A stretch of DNA of 24,000 nucleotides, from the NCBI GenBank assembly GCA_035759485.1, contig DASTUU010000312.1, positions 2,591 to 26,590 on the forward strand. Reading direction: 5' to 3'. The notes under the pieces were generated by a model. The model worked only from the letters and a program-made list of their open reading frames with translations, made no database searches and was not told the origin of the DNA. This DNA comes from Nitrososphaeraceae archaeon (GTDB lineage: Archaea; Thermoproteota; Nitrososphaeria; Nitrososphaerales; Nitrososphaeraceae). This document shows, piece by piece, positions 14,947 through 22,483 of this stretch. Within the stretch, counting starts at the first letter, position 1; each line of letters begins with the position of its first letter. The position numbers and the translations under genes are program-made.

Positions 14947-16380
14947 TTGGACACATCTTTTACAAAGCGACCAGGTAAAGGAGAAGACCTACAACTAAGG
15001 ACATTGGACACCAGAGATGACCCTTTTGGTATATTCTGTAAACTTTATCGTTCTCATGAACGCGTGTTCATTCTTGAATCTCTCGTTGGGCCCAGAAAGC
15101 TTGCAGAAATGTCAGTTATCGGTTTTGATCCTGAACTTGTAGTGAGTTGTGATTATTCCAAGATTTATGTCAGGAATTCCACCAATAGGATTGTCCATAC
15201 TGCAGAACTTATCAACCCGCTAGAGCAGCTTAGCACATTTATCCCAAAAGTCAAAGATAATAGATTCAGGTACGTCGGAGGCGCTGTTGGATTCATAAGC
15301 TACGACGCCATAAGTTACTGGGAACGCATTCCGTACAAACATAGAAAAAGAAATTGTCCGCTATTAGAATTTGGAATTTACACTGATGGGATTCTTTATG
15401 ACCACATTAAAAATAACGCGTACTATTTTACGACCGATAAGTGTCGATTTAATAAAATCAATGCTCAAATAAAGAAAAAAAATCCTGTTCTAATGAAGGA
15501 TTTCTCGTGCTCAAATTTTAGGACTGTCCTCAATAGGAAAGAATACATGAATATGGTTAAGAAAGCTAAGCAGTACATCTATCAAGGTGACATTTTTCAA
15601 GTTGTATTGTCCAAAAATACCATTCTTACGATTAAAGGAGACCTATTGCCTGTGTATAGCAAACTGAGAGAAGTAAACCCTTCTCCGTATATGTATTTTT
15701 TCAAGCTTGGCGACCAGGCAATTATTGGATCTAGCCCTGAGATGTTGGTTCGCATAACCAATAACCATATCGAGACTTTTCCTATAGCTGGGACAAAACC
15801 TGTAGTTAAAAATGAATCCAAAAATAATTTGCTAGCCAAAAAGCTACTTTCTGACGAAAAGGAAGTTGCAGAACATACAATGCTTGTGGATCTAGCTCGC
15901 AATGATCTGGGTAGAGTGTGTAAATATGGGACGGTCAAGGTTCTTGAATTAATGTCCGTAAAGAGATTTAGTCACGTTCAGCATATTGTTTCTCATGTGG
16001 AAGGCCGTCTAACTCCAGGCCTCACTTCGTATGACGCTCTTAGGGCAGTATTTCCAGCAGGAACTGTATCTGGAGCGCCAAAGGTAAGGGCGATGGAAAT
16101 AATCAATGAACTAGAACCATATCCGAGAGGTCTGTACGCAGGCGCTATAGGCTATTTTTCTGCTAATGGTTCATGCGATTTTGCCATCACCATACGGTCA
16201 CTTATCGTACAAAAAGGTAAAGCTTCTATTCAGTCTGGAGCAGGAATAGTTATAGATTCTGTCCCGGGAAAGGAATGGAAAGAGACCCAGGATAAAGCCC
16301 ACGGAATTATATATGCACTCAAAGAAGCCTCTAGGGCGTCAAGGAAAGTGGGGCTACACGCATCTTCCTCTAGAAGATAA
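14947..16380 (+). CDS. trpE: Chorismate-utilising enzyme, anthranilate synthase component I family (TrpE; PabB-type aminodeoxychorismate synthase not excluded)
   Basis: 477 aa. Motifs present: FILESLVG....SVIGFDP, GDIFQVVLS, NPSPYMYF, SPEMLV, FPIAGTKP, EH.MLVDLARND, FPAGTVSGAPKVRAMEII.ELE...RG.YAGAIGY, IRS. PIAGT has Ala rather than the Lys of E. coli-type PabB, which favours TrpE-type chemistry. TTG start. Confidence 0.85.
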   Translation: MDTSFTKRPGKGEDLQLRTLDTRDDPFGIFCKLYRSHERVFILESLVGPRKLAEMSVIGFDPELVVSCDYSKIYVRNSTNRIVHTAELINPLEQLSTFIPKVKDNRFRYVGGAVGFISYDAISYWERIPYKHRKRNCPLLEFGIYTDGILYDHIKNNAYYFTTDKCRFNKINAQIKKKNPVLMKDFSCSNFRTVLNRKEYMNMVKKAKQYIYQGDIFQVVLSKNTILTIKGDLLPVYSKLREVNPSPYMYFFKLGDQAIIGSSPEMLVRITNNHIETFPIAGTKPVVKNESKNNLLAKKLLSDEKEVAEHTMLVDLARNDLGRVCKYGTVKVLELMSVKRFSHVQHIVSHVEGRLTPGLTSYDALRAVFPAGTVSGAPKVRAMEIINELEPYPRGLYAGAIGYFSANGSCDFAITIRSLIVQKGKASIQSGAGIVIDSVPGKEWKETQDKAHGIIYALKEASRASRKVGLHASSSRR

Positions 16381-16461
16381 TCGGAATCTCGAGAATTGTA
16401 GCCTCGCAATCTTTGGATATTTTATACAAACTTGCTATTTACCAAATTAATGATTGGGTGT

Positions 16462-17802
16462 CTATCCGGTTCTAGGAGGCCTGGAATACATATTAGTGGT
16501 GTCGGTATGATACTGAACGGATAATTTCGGGTCCTTTTGTCTGCCGGTAAGGATGCCCACCACTACATCATCCTTCTTAATAGTATCCTCACCTCTGAGT
16601 TTCCGAATTGCAGCTGGAACAGATCCTGATGCCATTTCACAATCAAATCCATTTAATCCAACAATTGACATCCCATCGCTCATTTCTCTGTCGGTAACCT
16701 GAGTTACTATTCCACGGGTAAAGTCAAGCGCTCTAAGAGCCTTAAGAATATTGGCAGGCTTGCCTATCTGGATTGCCGTAGCAGTAGTCTTTGGGACTAT
16801 GCCCTTTCTATCCTTGTATGCGTAATAGCGTTTTATCATATCGGTGTCAGGACGACCTCCGTTCCAACAGAGGCTCTTATCTTCGAAAAGCCCGTTTACC
16901 AATTCGTATAAGGTATTTGCTCCTGCCGAATTTACTATGACAAGTCTTGGGATTTTTTTTATCCAGCCCCACTCATGCAATTCTATTAGTGTTTTTCCGC
17001 AGCTCGAACTGTTTCCCAGTGCTCCCCCTGGATAAACAATCCAATCTGGAGGATTCCAGTCTAGGTACTCCATAATTCTGTATACGATAGTCTTCTGCCC
17101 CTCTAGTCTGAAAGGATTAACTGAATTAACTGTGTAACCTCCGTTTTCACGACAATATCTTAATGAAATAGAAAGAGCATCATCAAAATTACCTGAAACT
17201 TGCATTACCTGAGCTCCAAACTGAAATGCTTGGCCCAATTTTCCTGGAGCAATTTCCCCCTTAGGAACATACACATCGCACCCCATGTCTTCATTGGCAG
17301 CATACATTGCTGCAGAGGCAGACGTATTGCCAGTGGAAGCACAGACGAGACGATTCACCTTTAACATTTTTGCATGGGTAAGAGCAGTGGCCATACCGTT
17401 ATCTTTGAAAGAACCGCTGGGATTATATCCTTCAGGTTGCAAGAGAAGAGTATGATAACTCATATTCGCATATTCTGCAACTTTTGTCATTTTGTAAGGT
17501 CTGGAAAGTCTTCCCTCTGCGCCATCCAGAGATACAAGTACGCGCGCACAAGATTCAAAATCTTCTGTGTCGACTCCTACGAAATTTATTAAATCTCTAA
17601 AGCGCCAAACACCGCTCTCGTTATATATATTGCCCCCATGGTTTCTGCGCTCGAAGAATTTAGTTATTAAGTCGGAAGGGGGCCTGTTTTTGTATGCTAT
17701 GTCGAGTAGCCATCCACAAGAACATTGATAAATATCGTTGTAAATGTCATACTCCAACCCACATAAAATGTTCGCACATTTTTTGGCAGCCGGACCGTGC
17801 AC
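16462..17802 (-). CDS. thrC: Threonine synthase (PLP-dependent, fold type II) with an N-terminal Cys4 zinc-ribbon-like segment
   Basis: 446 aa. NPSGSFKDNGM carries the PLP lysine, and CASTGNTSAS and VYPGGALGNSS follow. The N-terminus KKCANILCGLEYDIYNDIYQCSCG carries four Cys. GTG start. Confidence 0.9.
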   Translation of the reverse strand: MHGPAAKKCANILCGLEYDIYNDIYQCSCGWLLDIAYKNRPPSDLITKFFERRNHGGNIYNESGVWRFRDLINFVGVDTEDFESCARVLVSLDGAEGRLSRPYKMTKVAEYANMSYHTLLLQPEGYNPSGSFKDNGMATALTHAKMLKVNRLVCASTGNTSASAAMYAANEDMGCDVYVPKGEIAPGKLGQAFQFGAQVMQVSGNFDDALSISLRYCRENGGYTVNSVNPFRLEGQKTIVYRIMEYLDWNPPDWIVYPGGALGNSSSCGKTLIELHEWGWIKKIPRLVIVNSAGANTLYELVNGLFEDKSLCWNGGRPDTDMIKRYYAYKDRKGIVPKTTATAIQIGKPANILKALRALDFTRGIVTQVTDREMSDGMSIVGLNGFDCEMASGSVPAAIRKLRGEDTIKKDDVVVGILTGRQKDPKLSVQYHTDTTNMYSRPPRTG

Positions 17803-17952
17803 AAAAATTATCGACAGCAGTTACTATTGAGCTTTTGCAACTGGGGACGAATCAAGGCAGAGTTGAATGTTTTCCATTCGTGCAGATGGGTATTGTTTAT
17901 TTGCTGTATTATGCCGGTATCGAAGAATGTTGTGTTGAGATAAGCTAATTCT

Positions 17953-17979
17953 GCCATTGAGATGCCGCGATTCAATGGC
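17953..17979 (-). other. Perfect 8-bp stem / 11-nt loop hairpin 24 nt downstream of the 18003..18278 ORF stop
   Basis: GCCATTGA-gatgccgcgat-TCAATGGC read directly. No adjacent oligo-T, so a terminator role is uncertain. Confidence 0.25.
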
Positions 17980-18002
17980 GGCTGGATAAATCTACCTAGT
18001 TT

Positions 18003-18278
18003 CTATGGCAAATTTTTCCTGGCTTTATCTACTGCCTTTAATAAGTGCTGTATTACGCCATCCATATCCTCTTCTCTAACCTCTGGAGTTACGGAACGCT
18101 TGAGGAGATTGTTGACTGTAGTGGAGATTTCAGAGCTAACTTCATCAAAGCTATCCACGTCACTATATCCTTGTTGATATAAGCCTCTCAACTTTCTAGC
18201 ATACATTTGCGTCTGCTCATTTAGTGCTACCAAATACGTGTGATTATTTACCTTTATCTTATCCTTGTTCATACCCAC
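18003..18278 (-). CDS. Hypothetical protein, 91 aa, no family recognised
   Basis: ATG-initiated ORF, same strand as thrC and rpoP, with TTTTTTAAA about 28-37 nt upstream. The sequence (MGMNKDKIKVNNHTYLVALNEQTQMYARKLRG...) has no motif I can name. Confidence 0.4.
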   Translation of the reverse strand: MGMNKDKIKVNNHTYLVALNEQTQMYARKLRGLYQQGYSDVDSFDEVSSEISTTVNNLLKRSVTPEVREEDMDGVIQHLLKAVDKARKNLP

Positions 18279-18395
18279 CCTTTCCTGGAATTGCTGTTTA
18301 AAAAACTTGCCGAATTTAAAGGCAGGTGCATAATCAACTATGGCGCTGACTTCCTAATAGTTATGAAATGAGTTGTAATTTTTTTTGGCCTGATA

Positions 18396-18563
18396 TTACG
18401 ATTTGTAGTCACTAAGAATATCCCGGTATCTAGAGTCTTTATAACCAATATATCTCACGTACTCGCCATATGTCATATCCAGTGAACATTTGGAGCATTT
18501 TACACTACTAAAGTCATCGCTAAGTTCAGCTGGCCCCGGACAGTCAGGACATTTTATCTTCAT
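18396..18563 (-). CDS. Small zinc-ribbon protein, 55 aa
   Basis: Below the ORF-track cut-off; own codon-by-codon translation: MKIKCPDCPGPAELSDDFSSVKCSKCSLDMTYGEYVRYIGYKDSRYRDILSDYKS, stop TAA at 18396-18398. CPDC and CSKC are spaced 14 aa apart. An A/T-rich stretch (ttattatattatttt) lies upstream. Confidence 0.5.
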   Translation of the reverse strand: MKIKCPDCPGPAELSDDFSSVKCSKCSLDMTYGEYVRYIGYKDSRYRDILSDYKS

Positions 18564-18686
18564 CTAGTTACCACAAGATAATTAGACCAAAATAATATAA
18601 TAATAGTCAACAATTGAGTTAACGCGGACACTATATTACCGATACGTATTAAATTTGAATATGGCGATGTTATTACAGGTTTATTG

Positions 18687-18855
18687 TCATATCGCCTTGA
18701 TTTGCTTAACTACAGGTTGGCGTGATTTTCGAAATACGCGAAACCCGCAAATGCACTTGATTTCTGGTAGTCGAGAAAGTTCTTCTATCGAAACAACTGT
18801 ACCGCATCGCATACATTCGTAAGTAACGGTTCCAAAAGACTGTGAATCTGCCATG
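18687..18855 (-). pseudogene. rpoP: DNA-directed RNA polymerase subunit P (Rpo12/Rpb12 family) zinc ribbon, interrupted by a 1-nt frameshift in the sequence as given (sequencing error, real disruption or recoding)
   Basis: Own codon-by-codon translation. Frame A from ATG 18855: MADSQSFGTVTYECMRCGTVVSIEE, then TFSTTRNQVHLRVSRISKITPTCS* (stop 18706-18708). Frame B (18785 down to stop 18687-18689): KKLSRLPEIKCICGFRVFRKSRQPVVKQIKAI*. Removing one A from GAAGAAACTT (plus-strand TTT at 18780-18782) gives YECMRCGTVVSIEELSRLPEIKCICGFRVFRKSRQPVVKQIKAI. That is the Y-x-C-x-x-C-G ... L-P-x-I/V-K/R-C-x-x-C-G-F/Y-R-I/V ... K-x-R ... V-K-A-I/R pattern of archaeal RpoP and eukaryotic Rpb12. Frame B has no start codon of its own. 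Confidence 0.65.
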
Positions 18856-19319
18856 TCATGTCTATATTGAATCCAAATTTATTCCTTTTTGGATTGTGGT
18901 GTTGAATGTTAGTTTGTTGTGATCTTTTCTATCTCGAGTACTTGTAAACATGATTTTTTTATCTAAGACGATCGTTCTACGACGTCGCTGCTTCACTCAA
19001 TGCTTGTTCCGTCCTCCTTTTACGTCGTAACTTGTAATATACTGCTTAGGTTCGAAAGAAAGGAGCGAAACGTGTCTATTGAAACCACAGAAATATCTTC
19101 TGCCATTTGCTCCGTATGGTCATGCATGGTTAGTATAATGGGCAGGGCGTAGCTGAAGTCTTCTCTTCTGTCCAGAAGCAACGCCGCCCAGCGAATTTAA
19201 TTTTATGGCCTTTACTATCACAGCACTTCTTGCAGTGCTTGCAGAGCAATGCCTACAATCTGAAATCGAGCTTTGTATGCGTGATGTTTGTTTGAATTTT
19301 CTAACCCAAGTCCTCCATA

Positions 19320-19508
19320 ATGTTAGATGCTAAAGATTCAAAATCTTTCCAGTTTAGGACTTTTGCTATAGGCTCAGTATTATATCCCAAACCAGGACCT
19401 AAGTTTGCAGCTTTCATTCTGTCGACTTCGGAGAATAATGTAGTGTTATCTGGAGAAATATACCCCAATAGGCTTTACAACGAGGAATTTGAGAAAGTCT
19501 TTGGCTAA
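19320..19508 (+). CDS. Hypothetical 62-aa ORF (weak call)
   Basis: ATG ORF from the track, with TTTGAATTTT 20-29 nt upstream (19291-19300). No recognisable motif. It lies in an otherwise unexplained 750-bp region, so it may not be a gene. Confidence 0.25.
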   Translation: MLDAKDSKSFQFRTFAIGSVLYPKPGPKFAAFILSTSENNVVLSGEIYPNRLYNEEFEKVFG

Positions 19509-19607
19509 GCTCCTAACGGCAGATATAAATTTGAAGTATTTTTCCCTTAGACTGGCTCTAAAGTTAAGTCTGGATACAACGAAGATTATCAACACTGCGT
19601 GTTATGC

Positions 19608-20264
19608 TTAAGGATGGCATTTTGTCAAAATGGTCTTCAGATATCGAGTTATTTGGTTATCGGTTTCATTCATGGCCAACATGTTTCTTACATCTCGCGC
19701 GGTATCAATATCCATCATTAACCGGCTAACAAATAGAACTTTCGTTTTGACATTATTTTTAACTCCCCCGCGAACGTGCGTTAGATAACTGTTTGCATCA
19801 TATGATGTACCAATTATGTTACATGGTTTTCTCAATAGCACATTTGAGCCATCAAATTTGTATGAGGGACACAATACTACACAGTTCTTGTCGTCTAGCA
19901 CAGATTTGCATATTATGCTTACATCCTCAGGAAGGATGAGCGGTAAGTCTATAGGCAAAATAAGTGAAGCATCAGCACAAGCGGTGACGCAAAATTTGTC
20001 GGCTAAGTTAATGGCGGAGTTGACACCAGATTCTCTATCTTCTTCTAAAAATGTTGCTCCATACTCATGAGCTATTTTTTTAGTCCTTCTGTCAGAAGAA
20101 ACTAGCAAAATCTTCTGAATGGCCGGTGTCTTTTTCAGAACGTAAATTGTCCTCTTAAGAAACATCCCAGATAACCTAATCCTCTCAGCCGTGCTGAGAA
20201 GTGCCCCAAGTCTGGTCTTGGCATTATCAAAATTTTTTACAGGAACTATAGCAAATATTTTCAA
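19608..20264 (-). CDS. cofC: 2-phospho-L-lactate (or related) guanylyltransferase, coenzyme F420 biosynthesis
   Basis: 218 aa. MKIFAIVPVKNFDNAKTRLGALLSTAERIRL, LILPIDLPLI and DIDTARDV follow the CofC/MobA-like pattern. The start overlaps the cofD stop by 4 nt. Confidence 0.82.
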   Translation of the reverse strand: MKIFAIVPVKNFDNAKTRLGALLSTAERIRLSGMFLKRTIYVLKKTPAIQKILLVSSDRRTKKIAHEYGATFLEEDRESGVNSAINLADKFCVTACADASLILPIDLPLILPEDVSIICKSVLDDKNCVVLCPSYKFDGSNVLLRKPCNIIGTSYDANSYLTHVRGGVKNNVKTKVLFVSRLMMDIDTARDVRNMLAMNETDNQITRYLKTILTKCHP

Positions 20265-21181
20265 AGTATCAAGCTCTTGACATAAGAGGAAAGTCTTCTC
20301 TCGTCAGAACAGTTCCTCATAATAATATCAGTTTGAAACACATTCATATCTAGACCTCCTATCTTAGAAGCTAGGCTGGAGTCACTAGGATGTATTACAA
20401 AATTCCCAACTATATCTGAGTAGAATATTGCCACTCCCAATGCCGAAGTCGCCAATTTCAATGCTTTCATGTATTTAATTGCGGGTCCGCTAAAAGCCTG
20501 CTCCCCAATTAGTGGAGAGATTGCGACGACTTTTCTGCGTAGCTTTCTCAATTGCTCTCGTATTTCCCTTACTACTACAATAGGATTTATACTCGTCACA
20601 GGATTGGCGGGAGCAAGTACTATCAAGTCAGAATTTCTTAATGTATTGATAAGCTCAGGATTTGCAGTTGCACTTTCTGCTCCTCTATATTGAATATCTG
20701 TTACCTCGGGATCGCCTTGGTGTTTTACCCAGAACTCTTGAATATGCATAGGTCCTTGGTCAGTTATTATAATAGTCTCCAACTGACTATCTGTAGCAGG
20801 GTATATCTTTTTGTTGACTGAATATTTTTTCGTCATCCGGTTAGTAACTTCGGTAAGAGTCATCCCATTTCTTATTAACAAGGTTCTAAGTAAATGCGTG
20901 GCTAGGTCACGGTCCCCCAATTTGAACCACACCTCCTGTCTTAACTTCTCCATTTGATCGAGACACGAAAACGTATCATCTTTTATCCCCCATCCTCTAT
21001 CGGACAGTATGCCCGCTAATCCATATAAGACAGTGTCAATGTCTGGGCAAATATAAAGTCCATATAACCAAATATTATCACCCACGTTGGACACAATTGT
21101 AAGTTCCTCTTCTCTATGCGCTAATGCAAATCCCCTAATTATCTTGATTGAACCAGTTCCGCCTGCTAAAACTGTTATCAC
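20261..21181 (-). CDS. cofD: 2-phospho-L-lactate transferase (LPPG:FO transferase), coenzyme F420 biosynthesis
   Basis: 306 aa. ITVLAGGTGSIKIIRG, PDIDTVLY.LAG, WG...D.F, LGDRDLATHL.R and APANPVTSI.PI are CofD/UPF0052 hallmarks. GTG start. Confidence 0.9.
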   Translation of the reverse strand: MITVLAGGTGSIKIIRGFALAHREEELTIVSNVGDNIWLYGLYICPDIDTVLYGLAGILSDRGWGIKDDTFSCLDQMEKLRQEVWFKLGDRDLATHLLRTLLIRNGMTLTEVTNRMTKKYSVNKKIYPATDSQLETIIITDQGPMHIQEFWVKHQGDPEVTDIQYRGAESATANPELINTLRNSDLIVLAPANPVTSINPIVVVREIREQLRKLRRKVVAISPLIGEQAFSGPAIKYMKALKLATSALGVAIFYSDIVGNFVIHPSDSSLASKIGGLDMNVFQTDIIMRNCSDERRLSSYVKSLIL

Positions 21182-21355
21182 AGCCTCTTATAGGAAAATA
21201 GATTCGCAATCTATAATTTACGGTGATTTTGCTGTTAGTTAGCACTTAGAGACTTGCCTGATAAATTTTCAAACTGGGGTGCGGTAATATGCGGCCTTGA
21301 CTGAAACCAAGTATGCAGCTTGTTAAAATTAGCGCGCTCCTATTGTCGATAAAGA

Positions 21356-21362
21356 TTATAAA
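21356..21362 (+). promoter_or_regulatory. TATA-like box (TTATAAA) 23-29 nt upstream of the in-frame GTG at 21385
   Basis: Read directly. It argues that the surface protein starts at GTG 21385 (MYVRVIFLVAFLLLTFSSGFFIDASA...) rather than at the ATG at 21313. Confidence 0.3.
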
Positions 21363-21384
21363 CAAGGGATATAATGTTTCCACT

Positions 21385-22425
21385 GTGTACGTGAGAGTTA
21401 TTTTCTTGGTTGCCTTCCTACTACTGACTTTTTCTTCTGGTTTTTTCATTGACGCATCTGCTGTCCAGATGACGACGTCAATGGTCCCGGAGACAAATAA
21501 GGCTGATGCTCTGTTGACAGCAGTTAGATTTATCACAATAGAGTATGAACCCAAGAGTCAGTTGGCACAACAATTCAACGGCAAGGACGAGAGAGTTGAT
21601 TTTACTCTCAATTCATCTGACCCGGGCATGCCCGAGTTCATTAATACAATAAATTCAGATATTAGGACGCAAAAGGGAAGCCCCGTCAACATAGAAAATG
21701 CAACACTTCATTACACTGGCTCTATTAAGGGATCGTCAGATAAGGTCCAACTCGCGTATAAAATTGTTGTCGAAGGGATACTGTCAAGCATAGTGTTGGA
21801 TAAAACTGAACAAGGAAACGTTCTTGATTTGGACTGGAGAAGCGTGGTCGTTGATGAACCCCTCCCAGTCAATGCCCCACAGTACGGAAATATTAGTGTC
21901 AACTATCCTCTAGGTCTACTGCAGGTAAACTATCCAGAGGTGGCTCAGGAACTTTCAAACTCACAGGCCGCGGCTATAATGAGAGAGCCTCTGTTTAATT
22001 TCCAAGATATGGGAATCCCTATGGATCGGTGGCATTTTCTCTTTGACCCGACCGGAAGCCAGGCTGGCGCTGCGGGTTCAGGCTTTCAAGAAGTCGGGGG
22101 AGCAAGAGTAGTCTCGATCTATTCCCTGGGAGAAAGCAGTTTTAGGGAAGGCACATTTAGTGAAAAGGTAACTCAAGCCTCCGCTAGTCTGAACGGAACC
22201 AAGGTCGGAGTAGAATCATCTACGCCACCCCCTAGCGGGCAGATTCAGATTGCAGGATTTTCGAGGATCCAAAAGTCAGGAGACAATGAGCTAGCATTTG
22301 TTACTGCCCAAGCGCCGGAGGGCACAGCAACTGCAACTGGGGGTTTCCCAATTCAGGTGTTGCTGGTCCTCGGTGGTATGATGGGTGCTGTTGCTGTTTT
22401 TGTACTTTTGAAGACAAGGAAGTGA
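21385..22425 (+). CDS. Secreted or cell-surface protein with an N-terminal signal peptide and a C-terminal transmembrane anchor; no family recognised (maximal ORF starts at 21313)
   Basis: The N-terminus YVRVIFLVAFLLLTFSSGFFIDASA/VQ looks like a signal peptide. The C-terminus is a Thr/Ala/Gly-rich linker (PEGTATATGG), then FPIQVLLVLGGMMGAVAVFVLL, then KTRK. The body is Ser/Thr/Asn/Gly-rich and has several N-x-S/T sequons. Confidence 0.6.
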   Translation: MYVRVIFLVAFLLLTFSSGFFIDASAVQMTTSMVPETNKADALLTAVRFITIEYEPKSQLAQQFNGKDERVDFTLNSSDPGMPEFINTINSDIRTQKGSPVNIENATLHYTGSIKGSSDKVQLAYKIVVEGILSSIVLDKTEQGNVLDLDWRSVVVDEPLPVNAPQYGNISVNYPLGLLQVNYPEVAQELSNSQAAAIMREPLFNFQDMGIPMDRWHFLFDPTGSQAGAAGSGFQEVGGARVVSIYSLGESSFREGTFSEKVTQASASLNGTKVGVESSTPPPSGQIQIAGFSRIQKSGDNELAFVTAQAPEGTATATGGFPIQVLLVLGGMMGAVAVFVLLKTRK

Positions 22426-22483
22426 TAAACGTATTAGTTTCTTTGTTTGAAAGGGACTAAAGCTTCGATAAAATGATAAATGC

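Noticed and set aside
12481-17948. Antisense or alternative-frame ORFs within the glycerate kinase, trpE and thrC genes (12481..12753, 13047..13256, 15597..15938, 16844..17035, 17374..17592, 17694..17948) and 17962..18177
   Set aside because: They are shadow ORFs of confidently assigned genes. 17962..18177 is antisense to the 18003..18278 ORF, and its ATG lies inside the loop of the 17953-17979 hairpin.
18963-19049. Nested inverted repeats CTAAG/CTTAG (18963-67 / 19045-49) and TACGACG/CGTCGTA (18978-84 / 19023-29), which could form a long-range RNA stem
   Set aside because: The stems are short (5 and 7 bp) and separated by large asymmetric internal loops. This is not statistically compelling on its own. 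It is covered only as part of the unexplained-region finding (18856-19607).
19049-19056. GGTTCGAA (T-loop-like), plus ATTCGAAAT near 2021; considered as tRNA genes
   Set aside because: I could build no flanking T-stem complementarity, acceptor stem or D-arm around either site. I see no tRNA or rRNA in the window.
19000-19152. 50-aa plus-strand ATG ORF (MLVPSSFYVVTCNILLRFERKERNVSIETTEISSAICSVWSCMVSIMGRA)
   Set aside because: No promoter-like element at the right distance and no motif. The composition looks like random translation of spacer.
19130-19330. Possible degraded ribosomal protein L40e or L37Ae gene upstream of rpoP. Fragments CRHCSASTARSA and KKCCDSKGH..KFAGRR / ..LRP.. in different minus-strand frames are reminiscent of CRKCYAR..RA..C..CGH..LRPKK or C..CG..FAGGAY.
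   Set aside because: The matches are short. They need at least two frameshifts and inconsistent spacing. The second zinc knuckle and hallmark blocks (GIW.C for L37Ae) are missing. I cannot support a family call by eye, so it is reported only as an unexplained region.
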